Below, one piece after another: positions 36,240-47,566 of a DNA stretch of 64,000 nucleotides. The position numbers were made by a program, and so were the translations under genes. The notes below the pieces were generated by a model. It did not search any database, was not told the DNA's origin, and saw only the letters and a program-made list of their open reading frames with translations. The DNA is taken from assembly GCA_977018835.1 (NCBI GenBank), contig OZ361258.1, positions 2,356,001-2,420,000 of the forward strand, read 5' to 3'. Source of the stretch: Minutocellus sp. GHC0000111. Its lineage: Eukaryota. The number at the start of each line of letters is the position of its first letter. The stretch's first letter is position 1.

Positions 36240-37760
36240 CTATGGATTGGAGACATCGCTCTTTTCGTGTCTTTTACGGAGTTTCCGTCTCTGAGCTTTG
36301 GCACGTCGTCGAGACGTTGCTGTTTGCCGTGGTGGGGGGGAGGGGGCTTCCGTGGTGTCGTCCTGAGATTGGCGAGTGAGGAAGTCATCTAGAGAGCGTT
36401 GGTTGGTTTGGGTGGGATCGGTTGGTGGGTTGGGATCATTGATAGCATGGAGTCGTGTGCCTTGGAAGCAGTTCTCGATGCTGCCTGTGATGAGGATTCC
36501 GGCGATGTATTTGCGGAACTTTTCGATTAGGTTTGGCATGGCACGTTCAAATCTGTCCCAGTTTATGTCTTTTGGGTGGAGGGCTTCCGAGTGAAAGATC
36601 CAGAAGCATGCGTGGAGGAGGACGTAGACGCCACAGTTGTAGCTGTCCGATTGTTTTAGTCCAGGGATTGTTGTGATGTGACCGTCCCAGTCGTCTGGGA
36701 CTAGGATTGAGTCTCGTATGGTGGTCCGAATGTCATTGATCGTATCCTCGTCGTCCTCGTCGTAGAGAGAGTCCATGATGTAGATATGGATTGTTCCATC
36801 GGGTTCTCGTTCTCGAATGAGGAGGGTCCAGTGGAGTCCGTAGTTCCATGCAGTGAGAATGAGGGGATCCTGGATAGACGGTCGTTCATCTGGGTCGGTC
36901 CTAGTCGAGCGCCGGAGGCGGAGACTGCGTGCGATGGCTGGGTCTCGTGGGTCTCGTCGTAGGATGTCGATGTTGTTGGATGTCCACCATTTGTGGACTC
37001 GGCTGTGGGGAGCCTTTGTACACATGAGACGGCCAAGATTATTGATGATCGCGTCGTTGAGCCATTCCCTCGGTCTAGTGAGGAGGTAGTCATCATAGGT
37101 GATGGTGTATCGGGGTACGCATTGGTGGGGGATATGGGTCTCATCGTGGGGTGGGCTGGATGGTGGGAGAGGGTCGTCAGTGATGGTGATTGTCGTTGCA
37201 TTTGCGTCACCATTTTCGGGGTGAGAGACGGTGGGCGGGCGGCTGCGAGATGAGGCGGCTAGGCCTTGGTGCCGGAGGGTTTCAATGCGTTGATCTGTGG
37301 ATTGGCTGACGTGGAATAGTTGGGTTGGGTTAAGTTCCGGCATCGGTCGATGCTGGGGGGTGCGGCGGATGGGTGGTCTAGTCGCTCCCAGGCGTGAAGG
37401 CCGTAAGTATGGATTTTCTGGTCTGGCGAGCGGTGGGGTAAGTTGGAGGTCCGTTTGGGTTAGCCCAATGGTGTTTAAGCGGGCCTGGTGGGAGTTGAGG
37501 TGGAGTAGGGCGAAGATGTGGCAGGAGGAGCATGTATCGGTAGACGATGTCATGTTACATGATCGGCAGTTGGTTAAGGACGGAGTGGCTGGGTGTGGAT
37601 TAAGCATATTACATTGATGACACCATATCGGCGTTGTCGGTTCCATAGCTAGGCGTGGGGTAGGGTGGCACTGGCAGATCGCCTTCGCGGCGGTCATGAT
37701 GTCCTCGGTGGGAGGTTGGTCCCACCAGTATTGGTTTCTGTCCGCCATTTGGAGGCCGAG
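36240..37760 (-). CDS. C-terminal part of the retroelement ORF: Cys-rich finger + Ulp1/SENP (peptidase C48) domain
   Basis: EWLNDAIIN, HWTLLI, IMDSL and QSDSYNCGVYV give the His-Asp-Cys triad plus the oxyanion Gln. The listed Met at 37769 lies inside the TSD, so it is not a native start. Confidence 0.85.
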   Translation of the reverse strand, partial: LGLQMADRNQYWWDQPPTEDIMTAAKAICQCHPTPRLAMEPTTPIWCHQCNMLNPHPATPSLTNCRSCNMTSSTDTCSSCHIFALLHLNSHQARLNTIGLTQTDLQLTPPLARPENPYLRPSRLGATRPPIRRTPQHRPMPELNPTQLFHVSQSTDQRIETLRHQGLAASSRSRPPTVSHPENGDANATTITITDDPLPPSSPPHDETHIPHQCVPRYTITYDDYLLTRPREWLNDAIINNLGRLMCTKAPHSRVHKWWTSNNIDILRRDPRDPAIARSLRLRRSTRTDPDERPSIQDPLILTAWNYGLHWTLLIREREPDGTIHIYIMDSLYDEDDEDTINDIRTTIRDSILVPDDWDGHITTIPGLKQSDSYNCGVYVLLHACFWIFHSEALHPKDINWDRFERAMPNLIEKFRKYIAGILITGSIENCFQGTRLHAINDPNPPTDPTQTNQRSLDDFLTRQSQDDTTEAPSPPPRQTATSRRRAKAQRRKLRKRHEKSDVSNP

Positions 37761-37863
37761 TGCATGCAACTACATGTACATGTAATCTTTGTTGTTTTCA
37801 TCTAATATGCATTATTACATTATTGTTTCCAATACCGTACCTAGGTACATACTCATCCGTGTT

Positions 37864-40152
37864 TTACATGGCTGGTTGAATCGGCATTGGTTCTTCTCCT
37901 CGCTGCTCTGCCTTTTCTCTTTCCTCAGCAATCTTTTGGGCATCGTAGGCAGTGGCAATGTACACGTCCAAGATTGGGCCAAGCTGCTTATCGTTGGGAT
38001 GCCTGGAGGCCAATTCTTCGAGCTTCTGGACCATGTGGCCAAGTTGGTGCGAGGTATATGGCCGGTACTTATCACCGCTGCGCTCGGACTCTAGGTCCTT
38101 GACGCCAGAGGTGTTGAGATCTTTTCCCTTGTACTTGATGACCTTTTGCCAGACACATTCGACGGTGTTGGGATCTGTAGTGGCCTCAATGCCAACGGTC
38201 CAGTCCAGGAAGCGGGCAAGAGCCAAGGCATTGGCAGGTCCTTCGGCGTTACTGACCATACCTTCATAGCTCAAGATCTGGCGCTCGACCTTTTCGCCGT
38301 CAGTGGACATACCGCCGAACTCGGAACCGTAGTGTTCGACCCAATAGGAGGTGTGATCGATCCAGCTCTGCATCTCCTCCTCTATTAGTGGAGTAGCGAA
38401 ATATATATCACACATGGCAGAGGGTAAAATGCATTGCATTTGTGAGATCAAATTATATCATAGGAGAGAAATTAAGGCCATGCGTAGATATCTCGAAGTA
38501 TAAAACGATACATACCGAAATTAGCATTTCGCCATTTAAGCCATTCGTCCAGTGGTGCACGGGTGGAGTGTCCTGCTAGACAATTGTTTTGCTCGTAAAG
38601 ATAGTTGTGGTATCCTGGAAGCGCATTCATTGGATGACGAATCATAACAAATGCTCTTGGAAAACTAAACTTGAGACCAGGCTCGCCTTCTGTTCGTCCC
38701 ATCATGCTACCAATATTTGGGTTGCCTTCCTTGTGGGGGAAGTGAGTTTTCACAGTGATGGACTCGTCCCATGCTACCTCGTTGATGCGATGGTCGTCTC
38801 CAGTCTGGATACCAGTAAGACCGGTAATGAGAATCCACGACATTTTTGCTCCACTGCCGGGGTACGACGCTGCAAACGTTGGTGCAATCTTCTCAGTGGG
38901 GGGGAGACCCTCCAATACCTGGCAGTCTCCAGGTGCTGCTTCATCCACAATAACCTCCTGATCTGGCTCAGTCTCGCCCTCGAGCTCGAGTACTTCTTCG
39001 AGGACCTCGGCCTCTTGGGGAGGTTGCTGCTCAGTGAGCTCCTCGAGAATTTCTTCTTGGACAATCTCCTCGATGATCTCTTCCTCAGCCTCCAATTCTT
39101 CTTCCATGGCGGCGTTGACAACTGTCTCCGAGAAGGGCTGAGGCTGAAAGGCTGATCCCAAGGGGTCATCAACGTTGAACTCAGGCGAAAGACCAGGCTG
39201 TCCAGGCAGGACCTGATTTATGAGGAGAAGCAATCGATCGAATGAGGATAAAACGTTGAATAAGAAAGTCAGAATATAGAATAAACGGCAAGGGACGGGT
39301 CATCTAACACCTCCTAGCGGCATTCTTTGCTTTGTTCTGTTCTATGCTGTTCTCATGTACATGTATGCGCATTCTTTGCTGATTTGTAATATGTATGATG
39401 TACAGTCACAAAAATACAACCTACCTCGCTGTCCTGGTGAGCATGCTCGTGTTCTCGGGGCACCTGGATGTATTCGAATGACTGGTCATCCATGAGACCT
39501 TCTGGTGTCGAATTACCTTCCGTTTTGCCGGGAGGAGGACCAGCAGATGATGTCTCTTCCAGTGCCTCGAGGGCTTCTTGGAGATCTGGATCTGCATCGG
39601 CAGTATTAGAATCCATCAACTCGTCCAGCCCATGCTCATTGTCTTCGTCGTCCACCTTGTCCTTGTCGGAATTGCCTAGGAAAGAGATACCAAATATTTC
39701 TCTCTTTTTGCTTTTGACCTTTCGCCGGTCTTTGGCTGAGCCATCGAGACCCTCGCCCAGCTGCCGGTTGGTCTGCTCTGCCTCGCTCCGTTCGGCCTGA
39801 GCCTCCAGCTGACGATTGTTGGTGTCGGCTCCCACGGCCGAAGCTCTCCGATGGACAGGTTGCTTGCCCCTGCCTCGGGCAGCACTATTCGCAGCAGCGG
39901 CGGCCTTTTGCCTCTGCCTCCTTTTGCCAGTATCCTGAACCTTGAGCTGCCGTCGGAGGTTGGCCGATGAGGATGAGGAGGATCCACCATCTTCGACAAG
40001 TAGCACGTATCCAATGACTCCCAGAATAATGATAAGAGGGAGAGACTGGGAACGCTTTCGGCTGGAGGAGAAGGGGGGCCCTCCCTCTTGTTGGCCTCGC
40101 CGCCGTCGGGGAAGAAAAATCGCCTCGTTTGTCTCCTCGCTGAGGTCGTCAT
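37864..40152 (-). CDS. Type II membrane sulfotransferase-like protein (WSCD-like domain), probable 5' frameshift
   Basis: ASYPGSG, VKTHFP, IRHPMNAL motifs and TM segment LPLIIILGVIGYVLL. Introns 39424-39213 and 38515-38382. The ATG at 40152 is out of frame with the TM segment (T-run near 40117). Confidence 0.7.
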
Positions 40153-40356
40153 GGTGTTGAGAAAAGTGAAAGTAGGAGAGAGCGAGCAGCTGGTCGACAA
40201 AAGGTCATGGTCGGTCATTTGAATTGGCATCAGGGCAGGGCTAGAGGGTAAAAAATTAAATTACGTCTCTGTGACATCATCATCCTGGGCCGGCTGGCTC
40301 GCGGAAAAAAAACCACACAAAAACCAAAGCCACGTTGCATTGCCAAAGTAGGCCTA

Positions 40357-43300
40357 CCTTTCGAGTTCAGAGGATTTGAAAGTGACGTGATGATGACGTA
40401 TTAGAAACACGACCACACCAGACCAAAAATCCAAGCTCACTTTTTCTAACTCCGAGGAATAAATGACGGCCAAGATGGAAGTCGGGGCAAGAACCAAGTT
40501 ATGGTCACCAACTTCTACATATAGTCGAGAGATATTGTGCACCAGAACCAATAAATGTACATTATGTGATGATTTTTTTCGACATTTGCAATTCCTCACC
40601 CCGGGAAAAAATACATTTTTGGAAGCACCAAATCAAAATGTAATGAATAGAAATGGACATGCTATGATAAGTTATAGCAAATCAATGACTCCATCGTCTT
40701 CATCATTTTCATCTATGTCGTCCTCAATGTCATCATCTTCGCCGGGAACATCAATTGGCCAGAGTGGTTCACCATCCTCTTCAGCTTCTTCCTCGGCAAT
40801 TTTTGCGAGACCAGCCTTTCCCCGTCTGGTCTCCACAAGATTGTTACCGCCACGACTTCTCTTGATGTTGTTATATATCACTGGAAGTTTTCCAAATACA
40901 TTGAGAAAGGCCTCTTTTGATGCGACATTGGCCCATACTTTCATTACAGTCTTGTCAAGAGCATTCGCATCATTCTTCTGACCGCGATGCTCCTTTTCGA
41001 CGGCCGACTGCAAAGACATCCAGATGCCGAGATCAAGAACATTTGTCTCGGGCGACCGAGGAACCTGCTGGATTATCTCAATCTTATATTTGTTTTTGAG
41101 GTCCTCGGTGTACTTCTCAACTGCTTCATTGGACCCATGACCGCCGGCATTGTCAATCATAAGACACATAACATCAGACTCCTGAATATTTTGTGGATCC
41201 CACTTCACCCAATGATGTGCGTCTCGAATCGCCTTCCCGACCTCATTCATAGTCTCCAACATCCATTTGGAGTCGCAGCTACAGTCCTTGGTAACCTTAT
41301 CGCCCCGTTGACACCGCACCCCGAGCTCAAGGTCGTCGATCTCAACCTTCACCTTCTCTCCATTGCTATCAGGAGTGTGTCGCTTGAGACTCGAGATCTT
41401 TTGATTGTAGCCAACAGCGGCATGCTTGCGACTTTTTGCCTGACCGTCGGATTTATAGTCCTCGTATTGAAGTTCCAATCGCTCTGTAACAAACTCAGAA
41501 AGGCCGTAGATTTCGGCAATGTGGTCGCAAAGATGGCCGGCGGTCATGTCAGCATTCTCGTCGTAAATGTCGCGCCAATCATTGTCATTTTTTAGCGCAT
41601 CGTTGACCTTAGCATCTGGAGAGAAACTCTGATTACGCGTAAGCTTTTCCACCTTCTGCTCCCTGGCGACTCTCTTGATCATGATGCGCCCATTGAAATC
41701 AACGTCTTTGGTTTCATCCTTCATTGGTCGGCCAACAACTCCAAGATACATAACTTTGACAGGGTGTCTTCTGGATCGAATTTTTGGGCTTGCCTCGGAA
41801 GCATGGATAGACGCGAGGTTCGGACTACTTAGTTCTTCGTCAGAAAGTGGCAACATCTTGATCTTTCGTCGCCGAGTAGCAGTGTAAAACCACTTTTCAT
41901 CAAGATACGCTACAGGAATGTTGGGATCGGTCGTAATGTCCTCCCACTTTTTGATCCAATCAAGTCGCTTCCTACAATGTTCGGGGGTGAGCCTCGGCTT
42001 CTCGATCGACGACTTCTCCTTACCGCCTTGCTTTTTCCACCAGCGAAAAAGCTGAAGACGATGGAGACTAATTGTCAGCCTATCTTCATCTGGAGTAGCT
42101 GATTTTGCGCTCATGCAGTCAGCTAGCTCCTTAAAGGTTGCCATCGCACCCTTCATCCGAGCAGCATGCCGATGCAGCTCGCGGAGACATCCTGGCTCCT
42201 TCTCCTCGATCATGTCCGTGCATGCCTTCCTTCCACGAACCTCCTTTCTGCCGATGGGATTGCTGATGCCATCAGTAAGGCTTTTGTAGAGCTGGTCTCT
42301 CCACTTGTAAAGCTGAGAACCACCGGTTGACTTGGCATGGCCGTGATCGCACGCAACTTGCCGACACGCGGCAGTTGCAATCAACTTGTTGCCGGTCTTC
42401 ACACGTGCGAGTTGGGTCGCCGCATCCCCACCAATCCGCGAGAGCCACGGCGCTGAACCGCATTCTTTCATTCGCCTGCTTTTCTTTTCTGATTGGTATT
42501 GGTTCGGTGACGGTTGCATTGGGACGAGGAGGACGGAGCATGTCATCGTTGGCCATCCGAACAAAAAAGTCGAGGCCGAGAGCGACCTTTGCCTGTTCAT
42601 CAATGTCACTGGAGGTGGCACAGACAACGGAAGTATCGGCTCCTCCTAAACCTTCATCGTTGGGGGAGGCTGCAGCTGCTTCAGTGGCGGAAGTATCACC
42701 AGTTCCCTTCAGCATGCTGAGGAGACTTGCTGGCATCCAACCCAGTTTCTTGGCCTCGTCGACTAGTGATTTTACTCTTGCTTCGCAATGCGCTGACTGC
42801 ACCTCCTTTCTGTGAGCTGACAACCTCTCACCTAGCTTAGTAGCTAAGACAGTCGAGCGCCCAGAGAACAGAACTTCATCGGGATTTCTTTTCTCGTGCA
42901 CCTTCTGTCCCTCCGGTCCAGAGAATTTCGGGTGGTTGTCCTCCTTATAGTTCTTTTTACGCAACCTGTGAGCACAAACATAAAGCGCCCTGCGTCTTGT
43001 CTTCCCTCTCGGCCGATGCGTCGACAAGTGCAACTTCAAACTACAATGCTCCTTGAGATGTTGCTGCATATCCTTCCATTTTTCCTCGTTGTACTGTAGC
43101 TCATACTTTCCTCCACCGACGGACTTGGAACGCAACAAGTCGGCATCGATGAAAGCAGGGGGGGAGGACGTCTTCCCATTTCTGCCGAGAACCAACACAA
43201 ATGTCATCTTTGCCGCAGGAATCGGGGGTTACTCTCCACCACAGATCCTTACCAGCCCTTCGAATGACATCTGCTGCAAGGAGAAAGGCCATGGGGATAG

Positions 43301-43817
43301 GAGGAGGGGCCGTCCTCTTCTTCGCCGACGACGGTGACGGTTTGGCGGGGGGGCGAATTTGACCGTGGCAGCTTCTTCGACGTGTTTGCGCTCGGCGATG
43401 GTGTTTTCGGCTCAGCTGCCGCCTTTGCCGCCTTCCTGGATGCCTTGGTGTTGCCTCTCTTGCTCCCTGAGAACGAAGTTCTGCTGCGTTTGTATTTTTT
43501 GGGCGTGGTCTGGTTGGTCGTCGTCATCGTCACAAAATTTGCGGGGGTGTTGCGGTGAGGGTGTGCGGGGGACCAAAAAATACATGTGTTCCTGCCAGAA
43601 TCTACTGGACCTGCGAATTCAGTGGATACAAATGGTCGGTGGCAACCTACTGAATGAGCAGGTCCAGTAGATATCCACGAGTTGAGGAGTATTTGCGTTC
43701 CTCCCGAAGAGAATATCGACTAACAAAACACGTGGTGGGAAATGAGAAATGGGTTCAAGAATGACCTTTTTTAGGGGTTATTGGTATACCCTCTACAAAT
43801 CCTCTGAAACCGAAAGG
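40357..43817 (-). mobile_element. Tc1/mariner DNA transposon, DD39D type
   Basis: 22-bp TIRs cctttcgagttcagaggatttg and caaatcctctgaaaccgaaagg (2 mismatches), flanked by TA at 40355-40356 and 43818-43819. Confidence 0.92.
40672..43533 (-). pseudogene. Long DD39D transposase, frameshifted in its N-terminal part
   Basis: LDEKWF, IDNAGGH and SPETNVLDLG motifs, with 39 residues between the second and third Asp. Four overlapping ORFs require about 3 frameshifts. Confidence 0.85.
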
Positions 43818-44095
43818 TAGGCCTACCTAGGTAAGTGTCGGTTGGTTTTGGCTGTAATCCTGCTTGCGTATTCGCCACATGCATTCCACGTTGCTTTGTG
43901 CTTCACATCCCTGGGGAGGCTTTGTTTCAGGAAAGTGTTGAGATTACTTCTCTGATTCTTTCATCGAATTTTTCAATCGCAAAACAAGCACATCTTGTGT
44001 TTCATTCCCTGTTGGTCGGTCGTTGGTCTTGGTTAGGAATTCCCACTCGTCAATTGTATTACTAGTATCAGAAAGACCAACATTCGACGTCGATC

Positions 44096-45885
44096 ATGAA
44101 TAATTCTGAACGAAATGGCGATTTGGAGGCGGGGTCAGACAGCACGAAAAGTGCTGCTGCTGCTGCTGCTGCTGCTGTCTCGGCCAGCGTCTCGTTTGAT
44201 ATCGATGGCGGAGGAAGAGCAGGCCATAATACCGCAATGAAGGGTCAGTCGGCATTTTCGTACAATCAAATGTCGGATGCGTCGCCAAATGCAGCCCAAG
44301 CCGACAACGGAAGCAGCTACGACCCACCGTCCATAGCACCGGCGAGGAGCAATGTCAGTCATCAAACGCAACTTACCACGGTGACCGATTGGACACAAAT
44401 GGAACAGAACTATCGCGAATCCTCGGTCTGTACGGAGGCCATCGAGGCCAATGGCCTCAAGAATCCACTGAGCTTTGGCATCATCTGTGCAGTTATTTTC
44501 GTTGGCGAGATGGCTCGTGGCATCATGCTGCCGACGCTTTGGGGATTCGTGCAGGAATTGGGCGGGGATACAGTCACGATGGGTTACAGCGTGGCCGCCT
44601 TCTCGTTCGGCCGGGTCGTCACCTCCCCAATCTTTGGTTATTTGAGCGTGGAACGGGGTTATCGCTTCACCCTAACCATTGCTCTATCGGTGTTGAGCAC
44701 CGGTGCCTTCCTGTATGCCCAGGCCGGCGTCGTTGGCCGTCCTCTCTTTCTCATCTTCGCACAAAGCGTCATGGGATTCGGGTCTGGCACATTGGGAGTC
44801 ACGAGAGCATATGTGGCCGAGGTGAGCCCCAAGAAGTTGCGTACTCGATACCTTGCCTATTTGGCCCTGGTGCGTGATGCTGGCTTTACCGTCACGCCGT
44901 TTGCTGGGTCGGCATTGGCATACTTTTTTACCGATGAAGATGGCAATGAGGAGAACGTTGTTCAGACGTCGTATTTTTTGCTCAACATGTACACCAGTCC
45001 GGCATATCTGCTCTTTATATGCTGCGTCGTTGAAACACTAATGGTAGTATTCTTCCTCGAACACAAGCGTCGAGAGGTGATGCCCAAGCTAACCAAAATG
45101 ACGAGCCGACGATTGAAGGAAGCATCAGAACCACCTGCGGCCGTTGTTTTGGGAGCCCAAAAAACAGTACTGGACATGTCTGTAATTGACGTTACAATTT
45201 GGGGCATTGTTGTACTGAATGTGATATCCAAGGGCGCTCTCTCTACGTACGAGACGCTTGGTGTCAAGCTTGCGGGCGAGGTTTTCGGGGTACCTTCCAC
45301 AACTGTCGGCGTAACGATTGGCATTTGCGGTCTGATCGGGATGTTTGTTTTGCTCAATCGTGTCCAAATATTTGACCGATGCACAGCTAGTAGTTGGAGG
45401 CCAAATCTTCTTTGCCACCGGCATTGCCATTATGACGGATTATGGTGGCGAGGGCATGTACGGCAACATGGCAAAATTCTATTCCGGATTCTTCTTCATT
45501 TTTGCTCTTGGATTTCCGGTCAAGTGAGTATTGCAATCATTGGTGCTCAATTTTATCATCTTCTTCCCACTACGTAGTATTTCTATCATGAAACTGACTC
45601 TTGCTTCTCTCCTTCTTTATACTACCATGGTACAGCGATACTTCTGTTGTTGGGCTCTTTTCCAAGGTTTGTGGAAATAAGCCGCAGGGTACCTTGCAAG
45701 GTCTTCTAGCCATGAGTTCTGCCATCGCTCGCCTCGTTATGCCAATCATTAGCGCATATATTTGCCAGTACCTCAACATGTCGGTGCTCTTCATCTCTCT
45801 GGTTGTAATTCTGCTCGTTTCGGCTCTGGTTGTGCTTCGTTATCGAGGAATTATTGAACTCCTCTCGTCTAGCATGCGGCATTGA
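44096..45885 (+). pseudogene. MFS transporter (MFSD8-like) with a frameshift near 45355
   Basis: Multiple TM helices, FGYLSVERG, GSGTLGVTRAYVA, QGTLQG. Intron 45524-45635. The frame changes from VLLN to SIVSKYLTD. Confidence 0.8.
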
Positions 45886-45997
45886 GAACGGTGTCAGATA
45901 ACTGCACACGTACCGATGGCGTAGTCGTAAGTCTATTTCTATTGATTTTATGTACACTGTAGTATGCGTGTGATACACTGCTATTATGCGCCCAAGC

Positions 45998-46996
45998 CTA
46001 CTCTGCCGCCTGCTTTCTTGGAAACAAGACGCACAATGCGACCTGAATAAAGCCAAGTCCCGCCCCGAGAGAGTTTGGAACAGCAATGACAAGGTCTTTC
46101 GTAGCAATACCGAACCCACCCCAGAAGATGCCGTTGAATGTTGCAGTAAGCATCGAAGGGATATGAATGGATACCGAATTCCTCGTCTTTAAAACCTTGG
46201 CAATCGTTGACAGAGGAGCAGCGTAGAAGAACACGAGGTTGCAATTGACCACAATACCAATGAACAGCTCACGTTGCCTTGCGGAGAAGGGCAGGAACGC
46301 CGCCAGCGTGAGAATAATTTGCCAGAATGCGGTAATGATTGTTGTGGTCTTTTCGTGCGGTGATGGTATGCTTCGTTCCTGGGTCGTCACTTGAAGGACT
46401 AACTTGCCAACCTCCAACAGCCTATTTTGTCGGTCGTCATTGGCAACATCAATATCAACGCCACCTTCAGCATCTGTTTTTTCTTCACATGCCATCCGAT
46501 TCTCGCCATCCTCCTTCTTCTCCTCGCATGTCACCCCATTCTCCAAGTCACTACCAAGAGTAGCGTCCCCCCTAAACTGGACCATGGACTGCCGTCGCAC
46601 ATCCTCCTCGTGCTTAACGACAAAATCAACCACGCTGCTACGAATTTCCTTGGCCAACCGAGAATGGTACTGCAGCTTTGACGCGCACAAATTGAACCAG
46701 ACGGATAGAATGAGACCAGTTCCGTTGGGAATGACGAGGGTGATGGCACCCGCCAGATCGACTGGGTTTTTTGTCGCGTACCACCGAAACACGTACAGGT
46801 AGGCGTAGCAAACCCACCCGATGCAATTCCCTAGCATCATGCTCCATGGCGTAGGGTTGAGGTCGCCGGGCGTGCCCCGTCGGTTGGCGGTCATTATAGC
46901 TTCCACAGGTGAAAGGAACCACGCCAACCCCGTGAGGATGCCCAACGAGGGGAAGAGAAAGGACAGGACGATCTCCTGTGCGGTAAACTGGGCCAT
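45998..46996 (-). CDS. SWEET: SWEET (MtN3/saliva) sugar transporter, intact
   Basis: Two MtN3 repeats (FLSP...LNPTPW...NCIGW; FYAAPLSTI...NGIFW...VPNSLG) separated by a long loop. Confidence 0.9.
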   Translation of the reverse strand: MAQFTAQEIVLSFLFPSLGILTGLAWFLSPVEAIMTANRRGTPGDLNPTPWSMMLGNCIGWVCYAYLYVFRWYATKNPVDLAGAITLVIPNGTGLILSVWFNLCASKLQYHSRLAKEIRSSVVDFVVKHEEDVRRQSMVQFRGDATLGSDLENGVTCEEKKEDGENRMACEEKTDAEGGVDIDVANDDRQNRLLEVGKLVLQVTTQERSIPSPHEKTTTIITAFWQIILTLAAFLPFSARQRELFIGIVVNCNLVFFYAAPLSTIAKVLKTRNSVSIHIPSMLTATFNGIFWGGFGIATKDLVIAVPNSLGAGLGFIQVALCVLFPRKQAAE

Positions 46997-47566
46997 TGTT
47001 GAGTGCTGCTGGCTGGACGCTTGGCTGGTGAGACTGTGAGACTGATCAGCAGCTTGGCGGCTGGTCTGAGTCTGAGGTGGTTACGGTTACGCGCATTTTT
47101 GTTGGTCGGTGCGGTCGGCCGGCGGTCGGTCAAGGTCTAAAGGAACCCGGAACCGATGAACCCGTTGCTACCTCTCTCGCGCCTCGCGCCCCCCCCCCCC
47201 CCCAAGCAAAGCTGATCGACGAAGCAAGTGAGCAAGATACATACTAGTATCGATACCTTTATCCAAGGAATAAAAAGCAACAATCGAACGACGCAAGAGT
47301 TTGCTGGTATCTTGGAGAATTGTTTGCTTTGAGATAGCTTCTCTGCGTGAGAAAAACAAAGTTGAGTACACGTTTTTACGTAGTTAGAGTCAGTCCAAGA
47401 AAGTCAAATCCGCGCGGGGCCGGGAGCTCCTTGCCTGGCTGGGTCCTGCATCTCTCGAGATATTGCTTCGGCCGGAAAATCGCACGCCTTGCTTTGGCTG
47501 GCATTGACTCGGCCCTTTGTATCCTGCGATACCTCTGAATAGGCACAAGGAAGGGTATTCGATCGC

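Larger units (their letters stand above)
29285..37760 (-). mobile_element. 5'-truncated non-LTR (LINE-like) retroelement, interrupted by the Copia
   Basis: Perfect 15-bp direct repeat tgcatgcaactacat at 29270-29284 and 37761-37775. Short (AGAAT)n tail on the minus strand at ~29285-29296. The ORF is open right up to the 5' junction. No RT is present in this copy. Confidence 0.75.

Noticed and set aside
47187..47203. Poly-C run between SWEET and the E3 ligase gene
   Set aside because: Simple homopolymer with no further supporting structure.
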